Shown here: positions 1 to 11,062 of the stretch, one piece after another | Layout: each line of letters starts with the position of its first letter | Numbering within the stretch: the stretch's first letter is position 1 | Origin: a candidate division WS6 bacterium OLB20 | Lineage (GTDB): Bacteria > Patescibacteriota > Dojkabacteria > B142 > OLB20 | DNA length: 64,000 nt | Assembly: GCA_001567355.1 (NCBI GenBank) | Contig: JYNZ01000001.1 | Span: 5,944 to 69,943 of the forward strand | Direction of reading: 5' to 3' | Made by a program: the position numbers and the translations under genes | Notes under the pieces: model-generated | The model's database searches: none | What the model was told of the DNA's origin: nothing | Seen by the model: only the letters and a program-made list of their open reading frames with translations

Positions 1-263
1 CCAGAAGAAGCTGAGGTATTCCAGACTGATGTAGGCGTTGTAATCGGACAGATCAAAACTCTCCAGCTGTCCCTCAGGGATATCGGCAAAAATAGCGGCA
101 AAATCACCCTCAAGGAGGTCATTGTATGACGCTGCGTTGTCCTGATAGTCGGAAAGAATGCGACAAACATCAGTCCCATCAGAAGTCCGATCAGGACCGC
201 AACCAGAACGCTCACCTTGCTGTCAGCCAGATCAACTTTTGTCAGTGTCAGCAGTTTCTTCAT
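1..263 (-). CDS. ABC-2 type transporter permease, partial (runs off window start)
   Basis: Minus-strand reading frame starts at ATG about 261-263 and translates as MKKLLTLTKVDLADSKVSVLVAVLIGLLMGLMFVAFF, which is hydrophobic. It overlaps the stop of the ABC ATPase gene immediately upstream on the same strand, the usual ATPase-permease pairing. Confidence 0.4.
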   Translation of the reverse strand, partial: MKKLLTLTKVDLADSKVSVLVAVLIGLLMGLMFVAFFPTIRTTQRHTMTSLRVILPLFLPISLRDSWRVLICPITTPTSVWNTSASS

Positions 264-1146
264 CGTTTTCATAATAAGCTAGGAACATATCCTCAAGACT
301 CGGTTCGGTTATCCTCAGATCAACAAGCTCGTAGTTGTTCAGGATTTCAAGCAGTGCATTAACATCACCTTTGTAGGTGAGCTGCGCTGAATGGTCAATA
401 AGGGTAAAGTTTTCGACATTCTGCGCACCAAAGTCCTGCGTTTTCGGCTCTCTGCCTTTATAGTGGACCGAGACATTGTAGATATTCTTGCTGCGCAGTT
501 CGCTGATGGTTTCCAGAGAAATCAGTTTACCTTTCTTAATGATTGCTGCACGGTCCGACAGGCGCTGAACTTCTTCCAGCAGATGTGAGGAGAAAAACAC
601 TGTTCCGCCCCGCTGCTTTGTTTCGTCAATCAGTTTGTAAAACTCAAGCTGTAAGAGCGGATCAAGTCCTGATGTCGGTTCGTCAAGTACAAGCAGTAGC
701 GGCAGATGCATAAAGGCCTGAACAATCGCGACCTTCTGCTTGTTACCTTTCGAAAGATTTTTTATCTTTCTGGACTCGTCCAGCTGAAAGCGCTGAAGCA
801 GTTCAGCACGTAATGCCCCCTTTTCTCCACGCACGTCTTCGAGCATGTTAAGAAAATCCCTGACACGGTAGTTGTCATACAAAGCTATCTCTCCGGCAAT
901 GTATCCGACCTCCTTCATAATCTGTGGCCCGTGTTCTACCGGGTTTTTATTCAGCAGGCGCAGCTCTCCGCTGGTAGGGAAGACAAAATTGAGCATACAG
1001 CGGATGGTTGTGGTTTTACCGGCACCGTTGGGGCCAAGAAAGCCAAATACCTCACCTTTATTTACCTCAAGGGTCAGACCCTCTACCGCGTGAACGGCAC
1101 CGTAATATTTATGGAGGTCTTTGATTTGTATTACAGGCTCTGCCAT
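232..1146 (-). CDS. ABC transporter ATP-binding protein
   Basis: Walker A GPNGAGKTT, ABC signature LSKGNKQKV, Walker B LLVLDEPTSGLD and an H-loop are all present in the 304-aa ORF. Confidence 0.9.
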   Translation of the reverse strand: MAEPVIQIKDLHKYYGAVHAVEGLTLEVNKGEVFGFLGPNGAGKTTTIRCMLNFVFPTSGELRLLNKNPVEHGPQIMKEVGYIAGEIALYDNYRVRDFLNMLEDVRGEKGALRAELLQRFQLDESRKIKNLSKGNKQKVAIVQAFMHLPLLLVLDEPTSGLDPLLQLEFYKLIDETKQRGGTVFFSSHLLEEVQRLSDRAAIIKKGKLISLETISELRSKNIYNVSVHYKGREPKTQDFGAQNVENFTLIDHSAQLTYKGDVNALLEILNNYELVDLRITEPSLEDMFLAYYENDEETADTDKS

Positions 1147-1265
1147 ATCGTTATCGTAACACAGAGTCTGCAGCGAGGTTAAGGTATTTTTAACAAAATA
1201 ACTGTATAGACTATGCAGATATTTGTAATTGCGTTAGTATATCCTTTGACATATTACATGGCGCA

Positions 1266-3548
1266 ATGGCGCAAGATGATCTCCTCCAACAACTCCGTGA
1301 TGGAACGCTTAAGCTGCATGCGCTTGAAGAGCATACTGATGCTGTAACTGCCATGCAGGTGCGGCGGCAGTATATTGCGGAGCTCACACAGGTTTCCCCG
1401 GACAGCTTCGGGCACGTTTCTTTTGAACCTGAAAAACTTCGCAACCGCAATATCGAAAATCTGATCGGATCGGTGGATCTTCCGCTGGGCATCGCCGGCC
1501 CGCTTACTGTGAGAGGGGATGCAGCAGACGGCACGTACTATATTCCTATGGCAACGACCGAAGGGACACTTGTGGCAAGCACCTCAAGAGGTGCAAAGGC
1601 GCTGCGCTTGAGCGGAGGTGTATCTGCTGTGTCTGAATACAAAGGAATGACAAGGGCTCCGCTTCTCAGGGTCCCAGGTGTAGGGCGCGGACAGGAGATT
1701 ATTGCATGGATAAAAGAAAATTTCTCACTACTTTCTGATGCAGCAGCACAAACGAGCAGTCATATTAAACTGCTTGACATGACAGCCCATCAGCTGGGCA
1801 GGGAGCTCTGGCTGCGCATGAGCTTTGATACCGATGAGGCAATGGGGATGAATATGGCTACGATCGCATCTCAGGCTATTGCCGATCACATTACAAAAGA
1901 AAACCCGGACGTGACTCTTGTTGCCATCAGCGGTAACCTCTGCGTTGATAAAAAACCATCCGCAATCAACACACTTATGGGCCGGGGTTACCAGGTGCAG
2001 GCAGAGGCGGTTATCCCGGCGTCTGTCGTCGCTGACGTTCTCAATACCACTCCTGATGCAATCGCTGCAGTTAACATTGGCAAGGTCTGGCACGGAGGCG
2101 CGATTGCCGGCACCGCCGGTGCCTTTAATGCTCATTTTGCCAACATAGTGGCTGCAGTCTACGCCGCAACCGGACAGGATCTGGCTCATATAGTCGACGC
2201 CGCACAGGGATATATCACGATGGAAGCGGACGGGGACTCGCTCTATGTAGCACTGACATTGCCAAGTGTACCTGCCGGTACTGTCGGGGGCGGGACATGG
2301 CTGCCTGATCAGGCAGCAGCACGAAAACTCATGACGACAGATACTGAGGGCAAAGAAGCCAGTTCGGCTGTCAAGCAGTCAGCTATCTTCGTCGAAGTTC
2401 TCGCTGCAGCGATACTTGCGGGAGACCTGAGCCTGCATGCTGCAATTGCCGCAGGGCAGCTGAGCGCTGCGCATAAAAAAATTCGGTCAGGGCAAACGCA
2501 CATGAAAGTACCAGCAAATACAGGAATCATTACTTATGGAGCAGCTATCCCGAGACGTCGCATAAAAACTTCTGAAATCGCCCGTGTCTGGGGCAAGGAG
2601 CCTGAGAGCATTGCGCAGGGACTTGGCGTGCTGGAAAAGACAGTTCCTGCAGCAGATGAGGATGCTGCATCACTTGCTGTCCAGGCCGCGCAGTCAGCTG
2701 TCGCAAATGCAGATGGACTGCCGGCAATCGGTGCCATCTATACAGGTTCTGAGAGTCATCCCTATACTGTAAAGTCTACCTCTGCGATTGTGGGTGAGGC
2801 CTTGGGGATAGAGCATTCCTACACCGCAGCCGATACCGAGTTTGCCTGTAAGGCGGGTACTGCAGGTCTCCAGGCAGTACTGGGCCTGACAGGTTCGGGA
2901 ATGATTGAAGCGGGTCTGGCTATCGGCAGTGACACTGCTCAGAGCAGACCGGGTGATGCGCTCGAGTACAGCGCCGGTGCAGCAGCAGCAGCATTTGTCG
3001 TCGGCACGCAGAATGTGATCGCAGATATTCTCTGGACAGCCTCATTTACCTCTGATACACCTGACTTCTGGAGGCGCGAGCACGAGATGTACCCTTCTCA
3101 TGGCGGACGCTTTACCGGCGAGCCGGCATACTTCAGACATGTTACGTCTGCAGTCAAGCTGATTCTGTCGGAGTCAGACATGAACATTGATGACTTTGAT
3201 CATATTGTCTTTCATATGCCCAATGCCCGCTTTCCGCAGAAGGTGGCAAAGGATCTTGGCGTGAGCAGCAGTCAGCTAGCAGCAGGTTTTGTTGTACCCG
3301 AACTTGGCAACTCCTATTCGGCATGTTCTCTGGTTGGACTCGCGTCTGTTCTTGACCAGGCCGGTCCTGATCAGCATATTCTTCTCTGCTCGTACGGATC
3401 CGGCGCCGGGAGCGATGCATTTATCCTGAAAACAACTGCAGGGATCAAAGAATTTGAGAACACACACTCTGTCAGGACACAGATAGATACAAAGCAGTAT
3501 GTCGATTACACCGGCTATATTACTTCAGCTGGAAAGCTCCACTCATGA
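1266..3548 (+). CDS. fusion protein: class I HMG-CoA reductase catalytic domain plus archaeal-type HMG-CoA synthase
   Basis: Single 760-aa ORF. The N-terminal part has HMGR motifs ENLIGSVDLPLGIAGPL, DAMGMNM and GTVGGGT. After a linker of about 14 aa, the C-terminal part starts IITYGAAIPRRRIKTSEIARVWGKEP, the hallmark N-terminus of archaeal HMGS. There is no stop codon between the two domains. Confidence 0.8.
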   Translation: MAQDDLLQQLRDGTLKLHALEEHTDAVTAMQVRRQYIAELTQVSPDSFGHVSFEPEKLRNRNIENLIGSVDLPLGIAGPLTVRGDAADGTYYIPMATTEGTLVASTSRGAKALRLSGGVSAVSEYKGMTRAPLLRVPGVGRGQEIIAWIKENFSLLSDAAAQTSSHIKLLDMTAHQLGRELWLRMSFDTDEAMGMNMATIASQAIADHITKENPDVTLVAISGNLCVDKKPSAINTLMGRGYQVQAEAVIPASVVADVLNTTPDAIAAVNIGKVWHGGAIAGTAGAFNAHFANIVAAVYAATGQDLAHIVDAAQGYITMEADGDSLYVALTLPSVPAGTVGGGTWLPDQAAARKLMTTDTEGKEASSAVKQSAIFVEVLAAAILAGDLSLHAAIAAGQLSAAHKKIRSGQTHMKVPANTGIITYGAAIPRRRIKTSEIARVWGKEPESIAQGLGVLEKTVPAADEDAASLAVQAAQSAVANADGLPAIGAIYTGSESHPYTVKSTSAIVGEALGIEHSYTAADTEFACKAGTAGLQAVLGLTGSGMIEAGLAIGSDTAQSRPGDALEYSAGAAAAAFVVGTQNVIADILWTASFTSDTPDFWRREHEMYPSHGGRFTGEPAYFRHVTSAVKLILSESDMNIDDFDHIVFHMPNARFPQKVAKDLGVSSSQLAAGFVVPELGNSYSACSLVGLASVLDQAGPDQHILLCSYGSGAGSDAFILKTTAGIKEFENTHSVRTQIDTKQYVDYTGYITSAGKLHS

Positions 3549-4684
3549 AGAAAGTGTTTATTGCCGGTGCAGGAATGACAAAATTCGGTGAGCTCTGGGA
3601 GCAGGATCTGCGCAGTCTGATGGTTGCAGCAGCAGCTGACGCATTAGAATCTTCGCGACTCGGAATTGATGAGATTGATGCAATTTATGTAGCCAATATG
3701 GGAGGTTCAAGTTTTGCCGGTCAGGACCATCTGGGATCTCTGCTTGCAACAGAGCTTGGCCACTATGTTCCGGCATACAGGATTGAAGCGGCATGTGCAT
3801 CAGGCGGACTTGCGGTCAATACCGCATGGCATGCCCTCTCGGCAGGACTTTACAGGAATGTTCTTGTTGTCGGAGCCGAAAAAATGAGTGATGTGTCTGG
3901 TGGTGATGTGACAAAGGGTCTGGCACGAGCTGCGGATGATGAATATGAGGCATATTTTGGTGCAACATTCCCATCCCTGTACGCAATGATGGCACGCGCG
4001 TACATGCACGAGCATAATGCAGACCGCTCTGATTTAGCTGCTGTCAGTGTAAAAAACCATAACCATGGATCATTAAACCCGAAGGCACAGTTTCCGCGCG
4101 AAATAACACAGGAGGACGTTCTTAACGCAGCAATGGTCTCTGATCCCCTTGGACTGCTTGATTGTTCGCCTGTCAGTGATGGGGCTGCCGCTGTTGTGCT
4201 CAGCACAAAGGTCACATCTGTCAGGATTGCAGCCAGTCAGGTCAGCACCGGATCGATCAGGCTGCACGACAGGCCGTCTCTGACCAGTATTGATGCAACG
4301 AAGCGTGCCGCTGCAGCTGCATACAAGCAGGCAGGAATATCTGTACCGGATATCAGCCTGGCCGAGGTGCATGACTGCTTCAGCATTGCAGAGCTGATTG
4401 CTCTTGAAGACCTGGGTTTTGCAAAGCCAGGAGATGCTTCTAAGCTGATCAAGGACGGTACGGTGTATCGTGACGGTACAGTCCCGGTAAATACCTCGGG
4501 CGGACTGAAAGCGTGCGGTCATCCGGTAGGGGCCACGGGTGTCAAGCAGATTGTTGAACTGTATGAACAGATAACCGGTGCAGCCGGTAAACGTCAGCTG
4601 AAGAAAGATATCAGCTTCGGTCTGGCCCACAATGTCGGTGGTTCAGGTGGAACTGCAGTTGTTACCATAGTCGAACATGTATAA
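3545..4684 (+). CDS. archaeal-type acetoacetyl-CoA thiolase (thiolase-like, SCP-x type)
   Basis: N-terminus MKKVFIAGAGMTKFGE is typical of this thiolase type, and the active-site Cys region EAACASGG is present. The start overlaps the stop of the upstream fusion gene by 4 nt (ATGA). Confidence 0.8.
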   Translation: MKKVFIAGAGMTKFGELWEQDLRSLMVAAAADALESSRLGIDEIDAIYVANMGGSSFAGQDHLGSLLATELGHYVPAYRIEAACASGGLAVNTAWHALSAGLYRNVLVVGAEKMSDVSGGDVTKGLARAADDEYEAYFGATFPSLYAMMARAYMHEHNADRSDLAAVSVKNHNHGSLNPKAQFPREITQEDVLNAAMVSDPLGLLDCSPVSDGAAAVVLSTKVTSVRIAASQVSTGSIRLHDRPSLTSIDATKRAAAAAYKQAGISVPDISLAEVHDCFSIAELIALEDLGFAKPGDASKLIKDGTVYRDGTVPVNTSGGLKACGHPVGATGVKQIVELYEQITGAAGKRQLKKDISFGLAHNVGGSGGTAVVTIVEHV

Positions 4685-4982
4685 AAAGAGTCCTCCCAAA
4701 ATGTGGCGCAGACAGCGTGAGCGTTATACGCCAAAAAAGGGTGCCAGTCTTGTTACCTGGTCGGTGGTTCATGTCGCTCCGACGGGATTTGAGAAATACC
4801 TGCCCTACGTTATGGGGATAGTCGAATTTGAGGATAAAACAAGGCTGACTGTTCAGATTGTTGATTGTGACCCGCTCTCTCTCGCTGCTGGCATAATGCT
4901 GGAACCCGTCTTCAGACAGGTGTATGCAGACGATGACGATGGAATCCTCCACTATTCTGTAAAGTATCGCCCTTTACAATAG
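4677..4982 (+). CDS. DUF35 OB-fold protein (partner of thiolase and HMGS in archaeal-type mevalonate complexes), short form without Zn ribbon
   Basis: 101-aa ORF with OB-fold-like region GIVEFEDKTRLTVQIVD. It is overlap-coupled to the thiolase gene. No CxxC pairs are present. Confidence 0.55.
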   Translation: MYKKSPPKMWRRQRERYTPKKGASLVTWSVVHVAPTGFEKYLPYVMGIVEFEDKTRLTVQIVDCDPLSLAAGIMLEPVFRQVYADDDDGILHYSVKYRPLQ

Positions 4983-5009
4983 TCAGGTACAAACCTGTCC
5001 CCTGACTGT

Positions 5010-5036
5010 TGACACATATGGCATTGTTGTATAATC
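5010..5036 (+). promoter_or_regulatory. sigma70-like promoter upstream of the atp operon
   Basis: TTGACA, then a spacer of about 15 nt, then TATAAT, located immediately upstream of the first atp-operon ORF. Confidence 0.35.
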
Positions 5037-5039
5037 ACG

Positions 5040-5330
5040 TTGTTAATGCGAAAGGAAGACATGAAAGAAACAAAAGAAGAGCAGCAACGGCGTATGCGGA
5101 ACAGGCTTTACCTTTTTACAATCAAAATGCTGGTATTATTTGCGATACCGGCAGTTATAGCAGCTTTCCTCGGCAGGGCAATTGATGATCATCTCGATTC
5201 CCGTCCCTGGGGTTCGCTAGCAATCCTCGGGCTGTTTTTCATTGGTACGTGGATCGGAGTATTCCTGCTCAATAAGCAGTACGGCATACTCTCGGGAGGT
5301 CAGAACCAAAAAAAACGGTCTGAGGAATAA
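5040..5330 (+). CDS. small membrane protein, AtpI/AtpZ-like (ATP synthase protein I)
   Basis: 96 aa with a basic N-terminus and two predicted transmembrane helices. It is the first gene of the atp operon. Confidence 0.4.
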   Translation: MLMRKEDMKETKEEQQRRMRNRLYLFTIKMLVLFAIPAVIAAFLGRAIDDHLDSRPWGSLAILGLFFIGTWIGVFLLNKQYGILSGGQNQKKRSEE

Positions 5331-5361
5331 TTACTTAGACAACAACAGATTTTTGTGACTC

Positions 5362-6150
5362 ATGGGATCTTTCTTTCAGTACGAATCCGAATTACTGCAG
5401 GTTCAATCCGAGGCAGTATTTTCAATCGGTGAGATAGCCGTAACAAACAGCATGATGTCTGCTCTGCTCGTCACCTTCCTGGTGATCCTGCTCTGTATCT
5501 GGGCATCCACAAGCCTGAAAAAAGCGGCTGTACCGGGCAAATTTCAGCTGGTGGTGGAGACGCTGGTGATGACTGCAATGGGGTTTGTTGACAACATCAC
5601 CGGCGACAGCAGGGTTACCCGCAAGATTTTTCCACTGATTGGAGGGTTGCTTATCTATCTTCTGCTTGCTAATACGTTTCTTGTTATCCCGGGGCTGTCG
5701 TCGCTACAATATGACGGCAAACAGATTTTCAGGCCTACAACTACTGATTTTAATGCGACGTTCGGAATTGCGACTGCAATGCTGATCTTTGTGCATCTGT
5801 TTACAATTATGGAAGGTTCACTGCTTGGATTTATTGGTAAATATATCCGCGTAGGTGAGGTGGTTAAGGGCTTCAGACAGGGCATCGGTCCCGGTATTAT
5901 GTCAATAATTGATCTGTTTATTGGACTCCTCGATATTATTTCCGAGTTCGCCAAGTCATTGTCGCTGTCTCTGAGGTTATTCGGCAACATCTTTGCCGGA
6001 GAGCTTCTGAGCTCAGTGATGATGGGGATCTTCGCAATATTTTTGCCTATCCCGTTCCTGGTTCTGTCGCTGTTTTCCGGCGTCGTCCAGGCAATCGTGT
6101 TTGGCGCACTCACGTCTTCCTACTTCGGCATTGCGCTGAAGGAGGAGTAA
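5362..6150 (+). CDS. atpB: F0F1 ATP synthase subunit a
   Basis: Multi-transmembrane protein with the hallmark LSLSLRLFGNIFAGELL motif containing the essential Arg. Confidence 0.9.
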   Translation: MGSFFQYESELLQVQSEAVFSIGEIAVTNSMMSALLVTFLVILLCIWASTSLKKAAVPGKFQLVVETLVMTAMGFVDNITGDSRVTRKIFPLIGGLLIYLLLANTFLVIPGLSSLQYDGKQIFRPTTTDFNATFGIATAMLIFVHLFTIMEGSLLGFIGKYIRVGEVVKGFRQGIGPGIMSIIDLFIGLLDIISEFAKSLSLSLRLFGNIFAGELLSSVMMGIFAIFLPIPFLVLSLFSGVVQAIVFGALTSSYFGIALKEE

Positions 6151-6174
6151 TTTTATTTTAGTCTGTTTTACATA

Positions 6175-6390
6175 ATGGAACCGGAAACTGCACAGTATCT
6201 GGCAAAGTCACTTACGGTTCTCGGAATGGCTGCAAACGCCATCGCTGAGGGCTGGGTGGTCTCTTCTGCTTTTAAGGCAATCGGAAGAAACCCCAAGCTT
6301 GAAGAGACAATGTTCAGCAAGGTGATTATCTCTGTTGCTCTTGTAGAGTCAACAGCGATTTACTCACTTGTTGCATTCTTCCTGCTCTAG
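6175..6390 (+). CDS. atpE: F0F1 ATP synthase subunit c
   Basis: 71-aa hairpin proteolipid with a conserved carboxylate in helix 2 (VALVESTAIYSLV). Confidence 0.9.
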   Translation: MEPETAQYLAKSLTVLGMAANAIAEGWVVSSAFKAIGRNPKLEETMFSKVIISVALVESTAIYSLVAFFLL

Positions 6391-6398
6391 CATCTAGC

Positions 6399-6432
6399 GG
6401 GTGCTCTGAACTCAGAGCACCCGAAGTTTTTT
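6399..6432 (+). terminator. intrinsic terminator/attenuator hairpin between atpE and atpF
   Basis: Perfect 11-bp stem GGGTGCTCTGA / TCAGAGCACCC with a 2-nt loop, followed by GAAG and a TTTTTT run. Confidence 0.6.
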
Positions 6433-6443
6433 ATTATACGGTT

Positions 6444-6953
6444 ATGGATATACAAGAAGTATTCGGAAAAATAGGGTTTGATGGCAGGATGTTCCTGTTT
6501 AATGTGATCAACTTTCTGGTTGTACTTATATTGCTGCGAAAGTTCTTCTTTAATAAATTGATGGAGGCACTGGATGCACGTCAGGCGAAGATCAATGAAG
6601 GACTTGAAGATGCTGAGCGCTACCGGCATGAGGTCACAATGGCACAACAGCGCAGTGACGAGATCATCAGTGACGCCCGGACAGAAGCAAACACCATCGT
6701 GCTCAAAGCTCAGGAGGAGGCACGAACAGGTGCAGAGGTTATTCTGAGCGATGCCCGTGAGCAGGTCGAAGCTGAGAGAGCAAAGGCAGAAGAACAGATT
6801 GAACTGTCACGCAGGAAGATGATTGCAGATCTGAAGAAAGAAACTGCAGACCTCGCAATCCTTGCAACTGAAAAGATAATCAAGGAGAAGCTTGACAGCA
6901 AGCGCGATCGTGAGATCATCGATGAGTATCTGAGTCAGCTTGATTCAAAATGA
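6444..6953 (+). CDS. atpF: F0F1 ATP synthase subunit b
   Basis: N-terminal transmembrane helix followed by a long charged coiled coil (AERYRHEVTMAQQRSDEII...). Confidence 0.85.
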   Translation: MDIQEVFGKIGFDGRMFLFNVINFLVVLILLRKFFFNKLMEALDARQAKINEGLEDAERYRHEVTMAQQRSDEIISDARTEANTIVLKAQEEARTGAEVILSDAREQVEAERAKAEEQIELSRRKMIADLKKETADLAILATEKIIKEKLDSKRDREIIDEYLSQLDSK

Positions 6954-7228
6954 GATCAGATAGAAAGCATAAACGCAGCAAATACAAACGCAGACAGAAA
7001 CCAGAGGTAATCTCTGTCGTTTCTGCTGTAGAACTTGACGATTCGACACAAAACAGGATTCATGAGTTGTTTGGAGACAACCTGCGTATGGAAGTTACAA
7101 CCGACCCTGAAGTAATCGGAGGGATCGAAATCAGAAAAAGAACTGAACTGTTTGACGGTACGATTGCCGCACAGCTCAAAAAGTTACGACATAAATTGTA
7201 CAATCTTAAAGCATATGGCAGAGACTAA
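6950..7228 (+). CDS. atpH: F0F1 ATP synthase subunit delta, truncated to the C-terminal domain
   Basis: 92-aa ORF. The segment [60 protein letters not shown] matches the C-terminal delta/OSCP motif DPSLIGG...GSVRGRL. The N-terminal helical domain is absent. It is overlap-coupled to atpF and atpA. Confidence 0.6.
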   Translation: MRSDRKHKRSKYKRRQKPEVISVVSAVELDDSTQNRIHELFGDNLRMEVTTDPEVIGGIEIRKRTELFDGTIAAQLKKLRHKLYNLKAYGRD

Positions 7229-8723
7229 AGCGATTGTCAGTTCGCTCAAAAAGGGTATTGAGGAATTTGACACAGACGTATCCCGCGAAGAAGTCGGAGA
7301 GATCGTCGAAGTTAAAGACGGCATTGTAGTGATTGAGGGATTGAAAAATGTCCAGTCACAGGAGATGCTTGCGTTTCCCGGGGGCGTGGCAGGACTGGCA
7401 CTTAATCTGGAAGCCGAGACCGTAGGAGCAATTGTTCTTGGAGATTACACAGGTCTCAAGGAAGGTGATGTTGTCAGAAGAACAGGCAAAATCATGTCCA
7501 TTCCGGTTGGCGAAGCTATGGTAGGACGTGTAATTAATGCGCTTGGACAGTCTATTGATGGTGCTGGAGAGATCGAAACCATGGAAGAAAGTCCGATAGA
7601 GAAGATTGCTCCTGGTGTCATCACCCGTGAACCTGTTGGAGTGCCATTGCAGACTGGCATCAAGGCGATAGACGCGCTCATCCCCATCGGACGCGGTCAG
7701 CGTGAGCTCATCCTGGGTGACCGTCAGACAGGCAAGACTACGATTGCCGTTGACACTATTATCAACCAGAAGGGTCAGGATGTCATCTGCGTATATGTGG
7801 CTATAGGACAGAAAGAATCCAAGGTCGCACGTACTGTAAACATGCTTAAGGATCGAGGTGCTATGGACTACACGACCGTTGTTCTGGCAAGCGCTTCTGA
7901 TCCGGCACCTATGCTTTATCTGGCACCTTATGCGGGAGTCACACTGGCTGAATATTTTGCGGCCAAAGGCAAGGATGTGCTGGTTGTATACGACGACCTG
8001 ACCAAACACGCCTGGGCCTACCGCGAGATGTCGCTGCTGCTGAGACGTCCCCCGGGACGCGAAGCATACCCGGGAGACGTGTTTTACCTTCATTCACGCC
8101 TTCTTGAACGTGCAGCAAATCTGAATGACAACTTTGGAGGCGGTTCAATCACTGCTCTTCCTATCATCGAGACCCAGGCGGGCGATATCTCGGCATACGT
8201 TCCGACCAATGTGATCTCCATCACTGACGGTCAGATTTTTCTCGAGACAAATCTGTTTAACAAAGGTACACGTCCTGCAGTAAATGTCGGTCTCTCGGTA
8301 TCCCGTGTCGGAGGTGCTGCACAGATTAAACCAATGAAAAAAGTTGCAGGTAGTATGAAACTTGACCTGGCTCAGTTCCGCGAGCTCGAGGCATTTGCAC
8401 AGTTTTCAAGTGATCTGGATGCTGACACACGCAAGCGTATCGAGCGTGGCCGGCGCATTACCGAAATGCTCAAACAGCCTCAGTACTCTCCGTTGCCTGT
8501 TGAACAGCAGGTACTGGCAATCTTTGCAGTCAGTAACGGTTATTTTGATGACATGAAGGTTGAGGACATCAAAAAAGCTGAGGCGGATTACGTGAAATTT
8601 ATTGAAGGTACACGCCCTGCTCTGGTTGAAAAAATCAGACAAGGCGAATGGGCAGATGAGATGGTTGAAGAGCTCAAGCAGGCAAGTCAGGAATATATCA
8701 ATAAACAGAAGAAATCTGACTGA
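7215..8723 (+). CDS. atpA: F0F1 ATP synthase subunit alpha
   Basis: Walker [10 protein letters not shown] chose the internal ATG (MAETKAIV...), giving about 502 aa, rather than the ORF-track start at 7152. Confidence 0.9.
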   Translation: MAETKAIVSSLKKGIEEFDTDVSREEVGEIVEVKDGIVVIEGLKNVQSQEMLAFPGGVAGLALNLEAETVGAIVLGDYTGLKEGDVVRRTGKIMSIPVGEAMVGRVINALGQSIDGAGEIETMEESPIEKIAPGVITREPVGVPLQTGIKAIDALIPIGRGQRELILGDRQTGKTTIAVDTIINQKGQDVICVYVAIGQKESKVARTVNMLKDRGAMDYTTVVLASASDPAPMLYLAPYAGVTLAEYFAAKGKDVLVVYDDLTKHAWAYREMSLLLRRPPGREAYPGDVFYLHSRLLERAANLNDNFGGGSITALPIIETQAGDISAYVPTNVISITDGQIFLETNLFNKGTRPAVNVGLSVSRVGGAAQIKPMKKVAGSMKLDLAQFRELEAFAQFSSDLDADTRKRIERGRRITEMLKQPQYSPLPVEQQVLAIFAVSNGYFDDMKVEDIKKAEADYVKFIEGTRPALVEKIRQGEWADEMVEELKQASQEYINKQKKSD

Positions 8724-9640
8724 TGGCAGTTAATACCAAAGAGATCAAGTCACGCATCAAATCTGTAAAGAACACGAAAAAAATCACTCGTGCAATGCAG
8801 ATGATTGCTGCTGTGAAGATGCGTAAGGCTGTCGAAGCTGCCGTTGCAATGAGAGTATATGCAACACTGGCCTCAGATCTGCTGGAAAATCTCGGGTCAC
8901 AGGGGCTCACCCATCCGATGATGAAGGATAAGAAAGAAGGCCGCAGCCTTATGATACTGGTGACTTCAAACCGTGGGCTGTGTGGCAGCTACAACTCAAA
9001 TGTACTGAAGACAGCTGCAAGGTTAATCGATGAGCAGGAGGAAAAGCCGATCATTATAGCAATCGGTAAAAAGGCCGCTAATTTTGCGCGTAAACGAGGT
9101 CTTGATCTGCAGGCCGTTTATGAGAAGATGAGCGAAAATTTCAGCTTTGAGGATGTGCTGCCGATTACAAGTGAGATTATCAGGCAGTTTACTGCAGGTG
9201 CAGTCAGAAAGGTCGATATTCTCTATACTAACTATGTCTCCGGACTTGTGCAGGAGGTGGCGGGCAAGCAGGTATTGCCGGTGAAACCTGAGCATATTGC
9301 AGAGGTGGTTGCTGATATTCAATCGACTGCAGGTGCTGCTGATGAGACTTCTGATATCGCCGAACGCTATTCACTTGATGAGTATGATTTTGAACCGGGA
9401 AAGCAGGCATTACTCAATTACGTTATTCCTTTACTCGTCGAGGTTCAGGTGTACCATGCGGTGCTCGAGTCTGTTGCCAGTGAACACAGCAGCCGCATGC
9501 TTGCCATGAAGAACGCAACCGAAGCTGCCGGAGAAATGATAGATGACCTGACCCTTGTATTCAATAAGGGCAGACAGGCGGCAATCACGCAGGAGATTGC
9601 AGAAATTACGAGTGGCGCAAACGCGCTTGAACAAGCTTAG
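8723..9640 (+). CDS. atpG: F0F1 ATP synthase subunit gamma
   Basis: N-terminus KEIKSRIKSVKNTKKITRAMQMIAAVKMRKA is characteristic of gamma subunits. Confidence 0.9.
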   Translation: MAVNTKEIKSRIKSVKNTKKITRAMQMIAAVKMRKAVEAAVAMRVYATLASDLLENLGSQGLTHPMMKDKKEGRSLMILVTSNRGLCGSYNSNVLKTAARLIDEQEEKPIIIAIGKKAANFARKRGLDLQAVYEKMSENFSFEDVLPITSEIIRQFTAGAVRKVDILYTNYVSGLVQEVAGKQVLPVKPEHIAEVVADIQSTAGAADETSDIAERYSLDEYDFEPGKQALLNYVIPLLVEVQVYHAVLESVASEHSSRMLAMKNATEAAGEMIDDLTLVFNKGRQAAITQEIAEITSGANALEQA

Positions 9641-9654
9641 TTATTACTTTTTGA

Positions 9655-11061
<1,407 letters not shown>

Positions 11062-11062
11062 T

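Noticed and set aside
126-362. 78-aa plus-strand ORF at the window start.
   Set aside because: It overlaps the ABC ATPase 3' end and the permease start on the opposite strand. Its composition is implausible (QSHQKSDQDRNQNAHL).
4983-5008. Hairpin (CAGGT-ACAA-ACCTG within GTCAGG...CCTGAC) after the DUF35 gene, considered as a terminator.
   Set aside because: There is no U-tract after the stem, and it overlaps the -35 region of the atp promoter. It is too weak to call.
7356-8093. 245-aa antisense ORF inside atpA. Similar long antisense ORFs occur inside the P-type ATPase (15674-16135), thiolase (4073-4630), NhaP (12437-12973), Kef (59788-60684) and surface protein (22699-23528).
   Set aside because: They lie opposite strongly supported conserved genes. 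They have Cys/Arg/Ser-rich, low-complexity composition and no motifs. They are typical shadow ORFs.
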